A stretch of 64,000 bases of DNA, from NCBI GenBank assembly GCA_964057225.1, contig OZ059900.1, forward strand, positions 13,392,001-13,456,000. The letters are read 5' to 3'. Origin of the DNA: Auanema rhodensis (lineage: Eukaryota > Animalia > Nematoda). A model generated the notes under the pieces. The model was given only the letters and a program-made list of their open reading frames with translations. It was not told where the DNA came from and did not search any database. Shown here in pieces: positions 1 through 11,481 of the stretch. The position numbers and the translations under genes were made by a program. Each line of letters opens with the position of its first letter. The first letter of the stretch is position 1.

Positions 1-291
1 ATGACACTATAGATGCCAAAGCAAAACAAATTGGAATATGAACATGACGCGTCTTTAACATTATAGTTTGACCGGATAAAGCTTTGTATAGCTTTGTATA
101 GCTTTGTACACTGATCACATATACGGCGATAGGCTAGAACAGTTCATAAGTTTCCTGGATAGATTTGGTTTAATTACCCAAGTTAGAGGTAGTATCTCCA
201 TCTAACCAGAGAACTTCTGAGTTGGAAATACATTTTGGAAAGCACACCATGAGTGTGCAATATTGAAAACTGTCTGTCTTAGTATGATTAT
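1..291 (+). repeat. Representative long (291-bp) monomer with three 10-bp subrepeats (phase arbitrary, set by the window start)
   Basis: Next monomer starts at 292. Contains AGCTTTGTAT-AGCTTTGTAT-AGCTTTGTAC at 80-109. Confidence 0.97.
80..109 (+). repeat. Internal 10-bp tandem subrepeat AGCTTTGTA(T/C), 2 or 3 copies per monomer (first instance shown)
   Basis: Directly visible; explains the 10-bp monomer length difference. Confidence 0.97.
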
Positions 292-420
292 ATGACACTA
301 TAGATGCCAAAGCAAAACAAATTTGAATATGAACATGACGCGTGTTTTACATTATACTTTGACCGGATAAAGCTTTGTATAGCTTTGTACACTGATCACA
401 TATACGGCGATAGGCTAGAA

Positions 421-505
421 CAGTTCATAAGTTTCCTGGATAGATTTGGTTTAATTACCCAAGTTAGAGGTAGTATCTCAATCTAACCAGAGAACTTCTG
501 AGTTG
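421..505 (+). other. Imperfect inverted repeat with 26-bp arms and a 33-nt spacer, present in each monomer (one instance shown)
   Basis: 421-446 CAGTTCATAAGTTTCCTGGATAGATT pairs without gaps with 480-505 AATCTAACCAGAGAACTTCTGAGTTG: 20 Watson-Crick, 3 G-T and 3 mismatches by hand alignment. Confidence 0.85.
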
Positions 506-522
506 GAAATACATTTTGGAAA

Positions 523-539
523 GCACACCATGAGTGTGC
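523..539. other. Short perfect dyad GCACAC-catga-GTGTGC in nearly every monomer (one instance shown)
   Basis: 6-bp perfect stem with 5-nt loop, read directly. Confidence 0.8.
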
Positions 540-3500
540 AATATTGAAAACTGTCTGTCTTAGTATGATTATATGACACTATAGATGCCAAAGCAAAACA
601 AATTTGAATATGAACATGACGCGTCTTTAACATTATAGTTTGACCGGATAAAGCTTTGTATAGCTTTGTATAGCTTTGTACACTGATCACATATACGGCG
701 ATAGGCTAGAACAGTTCATAAGTTTCCTGGATAGATTTGGTTTAATTACCCAAGTTAGAGGTAGTATCTAAATCTAACCAGAGAACTTCTGAGTTGGAAA
801 TACATTTTGGAAAGCACACCATGAGTGTGCAATATTGAAAACTGTCTGTCTTAGTATGATTATATGACACTATAGATGCCAAAGCAAAACAAATTTGAAT
901 ATGAACATGACGCGTGTTTTACATTATACTTTGACCGGATAAAGCTTTGTATAGCTTTGTACACTGATCACATATACGGCGATAGGCTAGAACAGTTCAT
1001 AAGTTTCCTGAATAGATTTGGTTTAATTACCCAAGTTAGAGGTAGTATCTCAATCTAACCAGAGAACTTCTGAGTTGGAAATACATTTTGGAAAGCACAC
1101 CATGAGTGTGCAATATTGAAAACTGTCTGTCTTAGTATGATTATATGACACTATAGATGCCAAAGCAAAACAAATTTGAATATGAACATGACGCGTCTTT
1201 AACATTATAGTTTGACCGGATAAAGCTTTGTATAGCTTTGTATAGCTTTGTACACTGATCACATATACGGCGATAGGCTAGAACAGTTCATAAGTTTCCT
1301 GGATAGATTTGGTTTAATTACCCAAGTTAGAGGTAGTATCTCCATCTAACCAGAGAACTTCTGAGTTGGAAATACATTTTGGAAAGCACACCATGAGTGT
1401 GCAATATTGAAAACTGTCTGTCTTAGTATGATTATATGACACTATAGATGCCAAAGCAAAACAAATTTGAATATGAACATGACGCGTGTTTTACATTATA
1501 CTTTGACCGGATAAAGCTTTGTATAGCTTTGTACACTGATCACATATACGGCGATAGGCTAGAACAGTTCATAAGTTTCCTGGATAGATTTGGTTTAATT
1601 ACCCAAGTTAGAGGTAGTATCTCAATCTAACCAGAGAACTTCTGAGTTGGAAATACATTTTGGAAAGCACACCATGAGTGTGCAATATTGAAAACTGTCT
1701 GTCTTAGTATGATTATATGACACTATAGATGCCAAAGCAAAACAAATTTGAATATGAACATGACGCGTCTTTTACATTATAGTTTGACCGGATAAAGCTT
1801 TGTATAGCTTTGTATAGCTTTGTACAATGATCACATATACGGCGATAGGCTAGAACAGTTCATAAGTTTCCTGAATAGATTTGGTTTAATTACCCAAGTT
1901 AGAGGTAGTATCTCAATCTAACCAGAGAACTTCTGAGTTGGAAATACATTTTGGAAAGCACACCATGAGTGTGCAATATTGAAAACTGTCTGTCTTAGTA
2001 TGATTATATGACACTATAGATGCCAAAGCAAAACAAATTTGAATATGAACATGACGCGTCTTTTACATTATAGTTTGACCCGATAAAGCTTTGTATAGCT
2101 TTGTACACTGATCACATATACGGCGATAGGCTAGAACAGTTCATAAGTTTCCTGAATAGATTTGGTTTAATTACCCAAGTTAGAGGTAGTATCTCAATCT
2201 AACCAGAGAACTTCTGAGTTGGAAATACATTTTGGAAAGCACACCATGAGTGTGCAATATTGAAAACTGTCTGTCTTAGTATGATTATATGACACTATAG
2301 ATGCCAAAGCAAAACAAATTTGAATATGAACATGACGCGTCTTTTACATTATAGTTTGACCGGATAAAGCTTTGTATAGCTTTGTACACTGATCACATAT
2401 TCGGCGATAGGCTAGAACAGTTCATAAGTTTCCTGAATAGATTTGGTTTAATAACCCAAGTTAGAGGTAGTATCTCAATCTAACCAGAGAACTTCTGAGT
2501 TGGAAATACATTTTGGAAAGCACACCATGAGTGTGCAATATTGAAAACTGTCTGTCTTAGTATGATTATATGACACTATAGATGCCAAAGCAAAACAAAT
2601 TTGAATATGAACATGACGCGTGTTTTACATTATACTTTGACCGGATAAAGCTTTGTATAGCTCTGTACACTGATCACATATACGGCGATAGGCTAGAACA
2701 GTTCATAAGTTTCCTGAATAGATTTGGTTTAATTACCCAAGTTAGAGGTAGTATCTCAATCTAACCAGAGAACTTCTGAGTTGGAAATACATTTTGGAAA
2801 GCACACCATGAGTGTGCAATATTGAAAACTGTCTGTCTTAGTATGATTATATGACACTATAGATGCCAAAGCAAAACAAATTTGAATATGAACATGACGC
2901 GTGTTTTACATTATACTTTGACCGGATAAAGCTTTGTATAGCTTTGTACACTGATCACATATACGGCGATAGGCTAGAACAGTTCATAAGTTTCCTGAAT
3001 AGATTTGGTTTAATTACCCAAGTTAGAGGTAGTATCTCAATCTAACCAGAGAACTTCTGAGTTGGAAATACATTTTGGAAAGCACACCATGAGTGTGCAA
3101 TATTGAAAACTGTCTGTCTTAGTATGATTATATGACACTATAGATGCCAAAGCAAAACAAATTTGAATATGAACATGACGCGTGTTTTACATTATACTTT
3201 GACCGGATAAAGCTTTGTATAGCTTTGTATAGCTTTGTACAATGATCACATATACGGCGATAGGCTAGAACAGTTCATAAGTTTCCTGAATAGATTTGGT
3301 TTAATTACCCAAGTTAGAGGTAGTATCTCAATCTAACCAGAGAACTTCTGAGTTGGAAATACATTTTGGAAAGCACACCATGAGTGTGCAATATTGAAAA
3401 CTGTCTGTCTTAGTATGATTATATGACACTATAGATGCCAAAGCAAAACAAATTTGAATATGAACATGACGCGTGTTTTACATTATACTTTGACCGGATA

Positions 3501-6500
3501 AAGCTTTGTATAGCTTTGTACACTGATCACATATACGGCGATAGGCTAGAACAGTTCATAAGTTTCCTGAATAGATTTGGTTTAATTACCCAAGTTAGAG
3601 GTAGTATCTCAATCTAACCAGAGAACTTCTGAGTTGGAAATACATTTTGGAAAGCACACCATGAGTGTGCAATATTGAAAACTGTCTGTCTTAGTATGAT
3701 TATATGACACTATAGATGCCAAAGCAAAACAAATTTGAATATGAACATGACGCGTGTTTTACATTATACTTTGACCGGATAAAGCTTTGTATAGCTTTGT
3801 ACACTGATCACATATACGGCGATAGGCTAGAACAGTTCATAAGTTTCCTGAATAGATTTGGTTTAATTACCCAAGTTAGAGGTAGTATCTCAATCTAACC
3901 AGAGAACTTCTGAGTTGGAAATACATTTTGGAAAGCACACCATGAGTGTGCAATATTGAAAACTGTCTGTCTTAGTATGATTATATGACACTATAGATGC
4001 CAAAGCAAAACAAATTTGAATATGAACATGACGCGTGTTTTACATTATACTTTGACCGGATAAAGCTTTGTATAGCTTTGTACACTGATCACATATACGG
4101 CGATAGGCTAGAACAGTTCATAAGTTTCCTGAATAGATTTGGTTTAATTACCCAAGTTAGAGGTAGTATCTCAATCTAACCAGAGAACTTCTGAGTTGGA
4201 AATACATTTTGGAAAGCACACCATGAGTGTGCAATATTGAAAACTGTCTGTCTTAGTATGATTATATGACACTATAGATGCCAAAGCAAAACAAATTTGA
4301 ATATGAACATGACGCGTGTTTTACATTATACTTTGACCGGATAAAGCTTTGTATAGCTTTGTACACTGATCACATATACGGCGATAGGCTAGAACAGTTC
4401 ATAAGTTTCCTGGATAGATTTGGTTTAATTACCCAAGTTAGAGGTAGTATCTCAATCTAACCAGAGAACTTCTGAGTTGGAAATACATTTTGGAAAGCAC
4501 ACCATGAGTGTGCAATATTGAAAACTGTCTGTCTTAGTATGATTATATGACACTATAGATGCCAAAGCAAAACAAATTTGAATATGAACATGACGCGTGT
4601 TTTACATTATACTTTGACCGGATAAAGCTTTGTATAGCTTTGTACACTGATCACATATACGGCGATAGGCTAGAACAGTTCATAAGTTTCCTGGATAGAT
4701 TTGGTTTAATTACCCAAGTTAGAGGTAGTATCTCAATCTAACCAGAGAACTTCTGAGTTGGAAATACATTTTGTAAAGCACACCATGAGTGTGCAATATT
4801 GAAAACTGTCTGTCTTAGTATGATTATATGACACTATAGATGCCAAAGCAAAACAAATTTGAATATGAACATGACGCGTCTTTTACATTATAGTTTGACC
4901 GGATAAAGCTTTGTATAGCTTTGTACACTGATCACATATACGGCGATAGGCTAGAACAGTTCATAAGTTTCCTGGATAGATTTGGTTTAATTACCCAAGT
5001 TAGAGGTAGTATCTCAATCTAACCAGAGAACTTCTGAGTTGGAAATACATTTTGGAAAGCACACCATGAGTGTGCAATATTGAAAACTGTCTGTCTTAGT
5101 ATGATTATATGACACTATAGATGCCAAAGCAAAACAATTTTGAATATGAACATGACGCGTCTTTTACATTATAGTTTGACCGGATAAAGCTTTGTATAGC
5201 TTTGTATAGCTTTGTACACTGATCACATATACGGCGATAGGCTAGAACAGTTCATAAGTTTCCTGGATAGATTTGGTTTAATTACCCAAGTTAGAGGTAG
5301 TATCTTAATCTAACCAGAGAACTTCTGAGTTGGAAATACATTTTGGAAAGCACACCATGAGTGTGCAATATTGAAAACTGTCTGTCTTAGTATGATTATA
5401 TGACACTATAGATGCCAAAGCAAAACAAATTTGAATATGAACATGACGCGTCTTTTACATTATAGTTTGACCGGATAAAGCTTTGTATAGCTTTGTACAC
5501 TGATCACATATACGGCGATAGGCTAGAACAGTTCATAAGTTTCCTGGATAGATTTGGTTTAATTACCCAAGTTAGAGGTAGTATCTCAATCTAACCAGAG
5601 AACTTCTGAGTTGGAAATACATTTTGGAAAGCACACCATGAGTGTGCAATATTGAAAACTGTCTGTCTTAGTATGATTATATGACACTATAGATGCCAAA
5701 GCAAAACAAATTTGAATATGAACATGACGCGTCTTTTACATTATAGTTTGACCGGATAAAGCTTTGTATAGCTTTGTATAGCTTTGTACACTGATCACAT
5801 ATACGGCGATAGGCTAGAACAGTTCATAAGTTTCCTGGATAGATTTGGTTTAATTACCCAAGTTAGAGGTAGTATCTCAATCTAACCAGAGAACTTCTGA
5901 GTTGGAAATACATTTTGGAAAGCACACCATGAGTGTGCAATATTGAAAACTGTCTGTCTTAGTATGATTATATGACACTATAGATGCCAAAGCAAAACAA
6001 ATTTGAATATGAACATGACGCGTCTTTTACATTATACTTTGACCGGATAAAGCTTTGGATAGCTTTGTACACTGATCACATATACGGCGATAGGCTAGAA
6101 CAGTTTATAAGTTTCCTGAATAGATTTGGTTTAATTACCCAAGTTAGAGGTAGTATCTCAATCTAACCAGAGAACTTCTGAGTTGGAAATACATTTTGGA
6201 AAGCACACCATGAGTGTGCAATATTGAAAACTGTCTGTCTTAGTATGATTATATGACACTATAGATGCCAAAGCAAAACAATTTTGAATATGAACATGAC
6301 GCGTCTTTTACATTATAGTTTGACCGGATAAAGCTTTGTATAGCTTTGTATAGCTTTGTACACTGATCACATATACGGCGAGAGGCTAGAACAGTTTATA
6401 AGTTTCCTGAATAGATTTGGTTTAATTACCCAAGTTAGAGGTAGTATCTCAATCTAACCAGAGAACTTCTGAGTTGGAAATACATTTTGGAAAGCACACC

Positions 6501-9500
6501 ATGAGTGTGCAATATTGAAAACTGTCTGTCTTAGTATGATTATATGACACTATAGATGCCAAAGCAAAACAAATTTGAATATGAACATGACGCGTGTTTT
6601 ACATTATAGTTTGACCGGATAAAGCTTTGTATAGCTTTGTATAGCTTTGTACACTGATCACATATACGGCGATAGGCTAGAACAGTTCATAAGTTTCCTG
6701 GATAGATTTGGTTTAATTACCCAAGTTAGAGGTAGTATCTCAATCTAACCAGAGAACTTCTGAGTTGGAAATACATTTTGGAAAGCACACCATGAGTGTG
6801 CAATATTGAAAACTGTCTGTCTTAGTATGATTATATGACACTATAGATGCCAAAGCAAAACAAATTTGAATATGAACATGACGCGTCTTTTACATTATAG
6901 TTTGACCGGATAAAGCTTTGTATAGCTTTGTACACTGATCACATATACGGCGATAGGCTAGAACAGTTCATAAGTTTCCTGGATAGATTTGGTTTAATTA
7001 CCCAAGTTAGAGGTAGTATCTTAATCTAACCAGAGAACTTCTGAGTTGGAAATACATTTTGGAAAGCACACCATGAGTGTGCAATATTGAAAACTGTCTG
7101 TCTTAGTATGATTATATGACACTATAGATGCCAAAGCAAAACAAACTTGAATATGAACATGACGCGTCTTTAACATTATAGTTTGACCGGATAAAGCTTT
7201 GTATAGCTTTGTATAGCTTTGTACACTGATCACATATACGGCGATAGGCTAGAACAGTTCATAAGTTTCCTGGATAGATTTGGTTTAATTACCCAAGTTA
7301 GAGGTAGTATCTCAATCTAACCAGAGAACTTCTGAGTTGGAAATACATTTTGGAAAGCACACCATGAGTGTGCAATATTGAAAACTGTCTGTCTTAGTAT
7401 GATTATATGACACTATAGATGCCAAAGCAAAACAAATTTGAATATGAACATGACGCGTCTTTTACATTATAGTTTGACCGGATAAAGCTTTGTATAGCTT
7501 TGTACACTGATCACATATACGGCGATAGGCTAGAACAGTTCATAAGTTTCCTGGATAGATTTGGTTTAATTACCCAAGTTAGAGGTAGTATCTCAATCTA
7601 ACCAGAGAACTTCTGAGTTGGAAATACATTTTGGAAAGCACACCATGAGTGTGCAATATTGAAAACTGTCTGTCTTAGTATGATTATATGACACTATAGA
7701 TGCCAAAGCAAAACAATTTTGAATATGAACATGACGCGTCTTTTACATTATAGTTTGACCGGATAAAGCTTTGTATAGCTTTGTATAGCTTTGTACACTG
7801 ATCACATATACGGCGATAGGCTAGAACAGTTCATAAGTTTCCTGGATAGATTTGGTTTAATTACCCAAGTTAGAGGTAGTATCTTAATCTAACCAGAGAA
7901 CTTCTGAGTTGGAAATACATTTTGGAAAGCACACCATGAGTGTGCAATATTGAAAACTGTCTGTCTTAGTATGATTATATGACACTATAGATGCCAAAGC
8001 AAAACAAATTTGAATATGAACATGACGCGTCTTTTACATTATACTTTGACCGGATAAAGCTTTGGATAGCTTTGTACACTGATCACATATACGGCGATAG
8101 GCTAGAACAGTTTATAAGTTTCCTGAATAGATTTGGTTTAATTACCCAAGTTAGAGGTAGTATCTTAATCTAACCAGAGAACTTCTGAGTTGGAAATACA
8201 TTTTGGAAAGCACACCATGAGTGTGCAATATTAAAAACTGTCTGTCTTAGTATGATTATATGACACTATAGATGCCAAAGCAAAACAAATTTGAATATGA
8301 ACATGACGCGTCTTTTACATTATAGTTTGACCGGATAAAGCTTTGTATAGCTTTGTATAGCTTTGTACACTGATCACATATACGGCGAGAGGCTAGAACA
8401 GTTTATAAGTTTCCTGAATAGATTTGGTTTAATTACCCAAGTTAGAGGTAGTATCTCAATCTAACCAGAGAACTTCTGAGTTGGAAATACATTTTGGAAA
8501 GCACACCATGAGTGTGCAATATTGAAAACTGTCTGTCTTAGTATGATTATATGACACTATAGATGCCAAAGCAAAACAAATTTGAATATGAACATGACGC
8601 GTGTTTTACATTATAGTTTGACCGGATAAAGCTTTGTATAGCTTTGTATAGCTTTGTACACTGATCACATATACGGCGATAGGCTAGAACAGTTCATAAG
8701 TTTCCTGGATAGATTTGGTTTAATTACCCAAGTTAGAGGTAGTATCTCAATCTAACCAGAGAACTTCTGAGTTGGAAATACATTTTGGAAAGCACACCAT
8801 GAGTGTGCAATATTGAAAACTGTCTGTCTTAGTATGATTATATGACACTATAGATGCCAAAGCAAAACAAATTTGAATATGAACATGACGCGTCTTTTAC
8901 ATTATAGTTTGACCGGATAAAGCTTTGTATAGCTTTGTACACTGATCACATATACGGCGATAGGCTAGAACAGTTCATAAGTTTCCTGGATAGATTTGGT
9001 TTAATTACCCAAGTTAGAGGTAGTATCTCAATCTAACCAGAGAACTTCTGAGTTGGAAATACATTTTGGAAAGCACACCATGAGTGTGCAATATTAAAAA
9101 CTGTCTGTCTTAGTATGATTATATGACACTATAGATGCCAAAGCTAAACAAATTTGAATATGAACATGACGCGTCTTTTACATTATAGTTTGACCGGATA
9201 AAGCTTTGTATAGCTTTGTATAGCTTTGTACACTGATCACATATACGGCGAGAGGCTAGAACAGTTTATAAGTTTCCTGAATAGATTTGGTTTAATTACC
9301 CAAGTTAGAGGTAGTATCTCAATCTAACCAGAGAACTTCTGAGTTGGAAATACATTTTGGAAAGCACACCATGAGTGTGCAATATTAAAAACTGTCTGTC
9401 TTAGTATGATTATATGACACTATAGATGCCAAAGCAAAACAAATTTGAATATGAACATGACGCGTCTTTTACATTATAGTTTGACCGGATAAAGCTTTGT

Positions 9501-11129
9501 ATAGCTTTGTATAGCTTTGTACACTGATCACATATACGGCGAGAGGCTAGAACAGTTTATAAGTTTCCTGAATAGATTTGGTTTAATTACCCAAGTTAGA
9601 GGTAGTATCTCAATCTAACCAGAGAACTTCTGAGTTGGAAATACATTTTGGAAAGCACACCATGAGTGTGCAATATTGAAAACTGTCTGTCTTAGTATGA
9701 TTATATGACACTATAGATGCCAAAGCAAAACAAATTTGAATATGAACATGACGCGTGTTTTACATTATAGTTTGACCGGATAAAGCTTTGTATAGCTTTG
9801 TATAGCTTTGTACACTGATCACATATACGGCGATAGGCTAGAACAGTTCATAAGTTTCCTGGATAGATTTGGTTTAATTACCCAAGTTAGAGGTAGTATC
9901 TCAATCTAACCAGAGAACTTCTGAGTTGGAAATACATTTTGGAAAGCACACCATGAGTGTGCAATATTGAAAACTGTCTGTCTTAGTATGATTATATGAC
10001 ACTATAGATGCCAAAGCAAAACAAATTTGAATATGAACATGACGCGTCTTTTACATTATAGTTTGACCGGATAAAGCTTTGTATAGCTTTGTACACTGAT
10101 CACATATACGGCGATAGGCTAGAACAGTTCATAAGTTTCCTGGATAGATTTGGTTTAATTACCCAAGTTAGAGGTAGTATCTTAATCTAACCAGAGAACT
10201 TCTGAGTTGGAAATACATTTTGGAAAGCACACCATGAGTGTGCAATATTGAAAACTGTCTGTCTTAGTATGATTATATGACACTATAGATGCCAAAGCAA
10301 AACAATTTTGAATATGAACATGACGCGTCTTTAACATTATAGTTTGACCGGATAAAGCTTTGTATAGCTTTGTATAGCTTTGTACACTGATCACATATAC
10401 GGCGATAGGCTAGAACAGTTCATAAGTTTCCTGGATAGATTTGGTTTAATTACCCAAGTTAGAGGTAGTATCTCAATCTAACCAGAGAACTTCTGAGTTG
10501 GAAATACATTTTGGAAAGCACACCATGAGTGTGCAATATTGAAAACTGTCTGTCTTAGTATGATTATATGACACTATAGATGCCAAAGCAAAACAAATTT
10601 GAATATGAACATGACGCGTCTTTTACATTATAGTTTGACCGGATAAAGCTTTGTATAGCTTTGTACACTGATCACATATACGGCGATAGGCTAGAACAGT
10701 TCATAAGTTTCCTGGATAGATTTGGTTTAATTACCCAAGTTAGAGGTAGTATCTTAATCTAACCAGAGAACTTCTGAGTTGGAAATACATTTTGGAAAGC
10801 ACACCATGAGTGTGCAATATTGAAAACTGTCTGTCTTAGTATGATTATATGACACTATAGATGCCAAAGCAAAACAAATTTGAATATGAACATGACGCGT
10901 CTTTTACATTATAGTTTGACCGGATAAAGCTTTGTATAGCTTTGTACACTGATCACATATACGGCGATAGGCTAGAACAGTTCATAAGTTTCCTGGATAG
11001 ATTTGGTTTAATTACCCAAGTTAGAGGTAGTATCTTAATCTAACCAGAGAACTTCTGAGTTGGAAATACATTTTGGAAAGCACACCATGAGTGTGCAATA
11101 TTGAAAACTGTCTGTCTTAGTATGATTAT

Positions 11130-11481
11130 ATGACACTATAGATGCCAAAGCAAAACAATTTTGAATATGAACATGACGCGTCTTTTACATTATAGTTTGA
11201 CCGGATAAAGCTTTGTATAGCTTTGTATAGCTTTGTACAATGATCACATATACGGCGATAGGCGGATAAAGCTTTGTATAGCTTTGTATAGCTTTGTACA
11301 ATGATCACATATACGGCGATAGGCTAGAACAGTTCATAAGTTTCCTGAATAGATTTGGTTTAATTACCCAAGTTAGAGGTAGTATCTCAATCTAACCAGA
11401 GAACTTCTGAGTTGGAAATACATTTTGGAAAGCACACCATGAGTGTGCAATATTGAAAACTGTCTGTCTTAGTATGATTAT
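11130..11481 (+). repeat. Aberrant 352-bp monomer with a 61-bp internal tandem duplication (11203-11263 repeated at 11264-11324)
   Basis: Junction reads ...GGCGATAGGC|GGATAAAGCTTTG...; 291+61=352. Confidence 0.95.

Larger units (their letters stand above)
292..572 (+). repeat. Representative short (281-bp) monomer with two 10-bp subrepeats
   Basis: Next monomer starts at 573. Contains AGCTTTGTAT-AGCTTTGTAC at 371-390. Confidence 0.97.
1..1716 (+). repeat. 572-bp dimeric higher-order repeat (291+281), three copies
   Basis: Long monomers carry GTCTTTAACA/TATAGT and short ones GTGTTTTACA/TATACT. The SNP-dependent ORF starts at 304, 876 and 1448 are spaced by 572. Confidence 0.85.

Noticed and set aside
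47-117. Cluster of 6-bp palindromes (ACGCGT, AAGCTT, TGTACA, TGATCA) as a polylinker or regulatory sites
   Set aside because: Short palindromes are expected by chance in 290 bp, the spacing is unlike a polylinker, and there is no gene to regulate.
1-291. Monomer as an ancient dimer of two ~140-145-bp halves
   Set aside because: I found no convincing similarity between the halves by eye; a sensitive self-alignment would be needed.
286-304. Resemblance to the phage SP6 promoter (TGACACTATAGA, 12-bp exact; 15/19 versus ATTTAGGTGACACTATAGA)
   Set aside because: The upstream part mismatches and there is no vector or phage context. The nested SNP and higher-order history argues for a natural array, so this is probably coincidence.
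304-486. Repeated 60-aa + strand ORF (MPKQNKFEYEH...)
   Set aside because: It is open only in the minority of short monomers where TAG is changed to TAC. Most copies have an early stop or the 10-bp frameshift, and I see no recognisable domain.
392-510. Satellite-encoded hammerhead ribozyme (as in newt, schistosome and cricket satellites)
   Set aside because: The CUGANGA core is absent on both strands (only CTGATCA, CTGAATA, CTGAGTT, CTGAGCA and CTGAACA occur), and I found no suitably placed GAAA helix. An Infernal search against Rfam ribozyme models would settle it.
495-515. CENP-B box-like GTTGGAAA
   Set aside because: The essential TTCG and CGGG nucleotides of the 17-bp box are missing.
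478-690. Repeated 70-aa - strand ORF (MISVQSYTKL...)
   Set aside because: It has a non-ATG start, depends on one SNP removing a stop, and is absent from most copies. It is a chance frame in a repeat.
11126-11308. Unique 60-aa - strand ORF
   Set aside because: It is created by the 61-bp duplication junction, with no other coding evidence.
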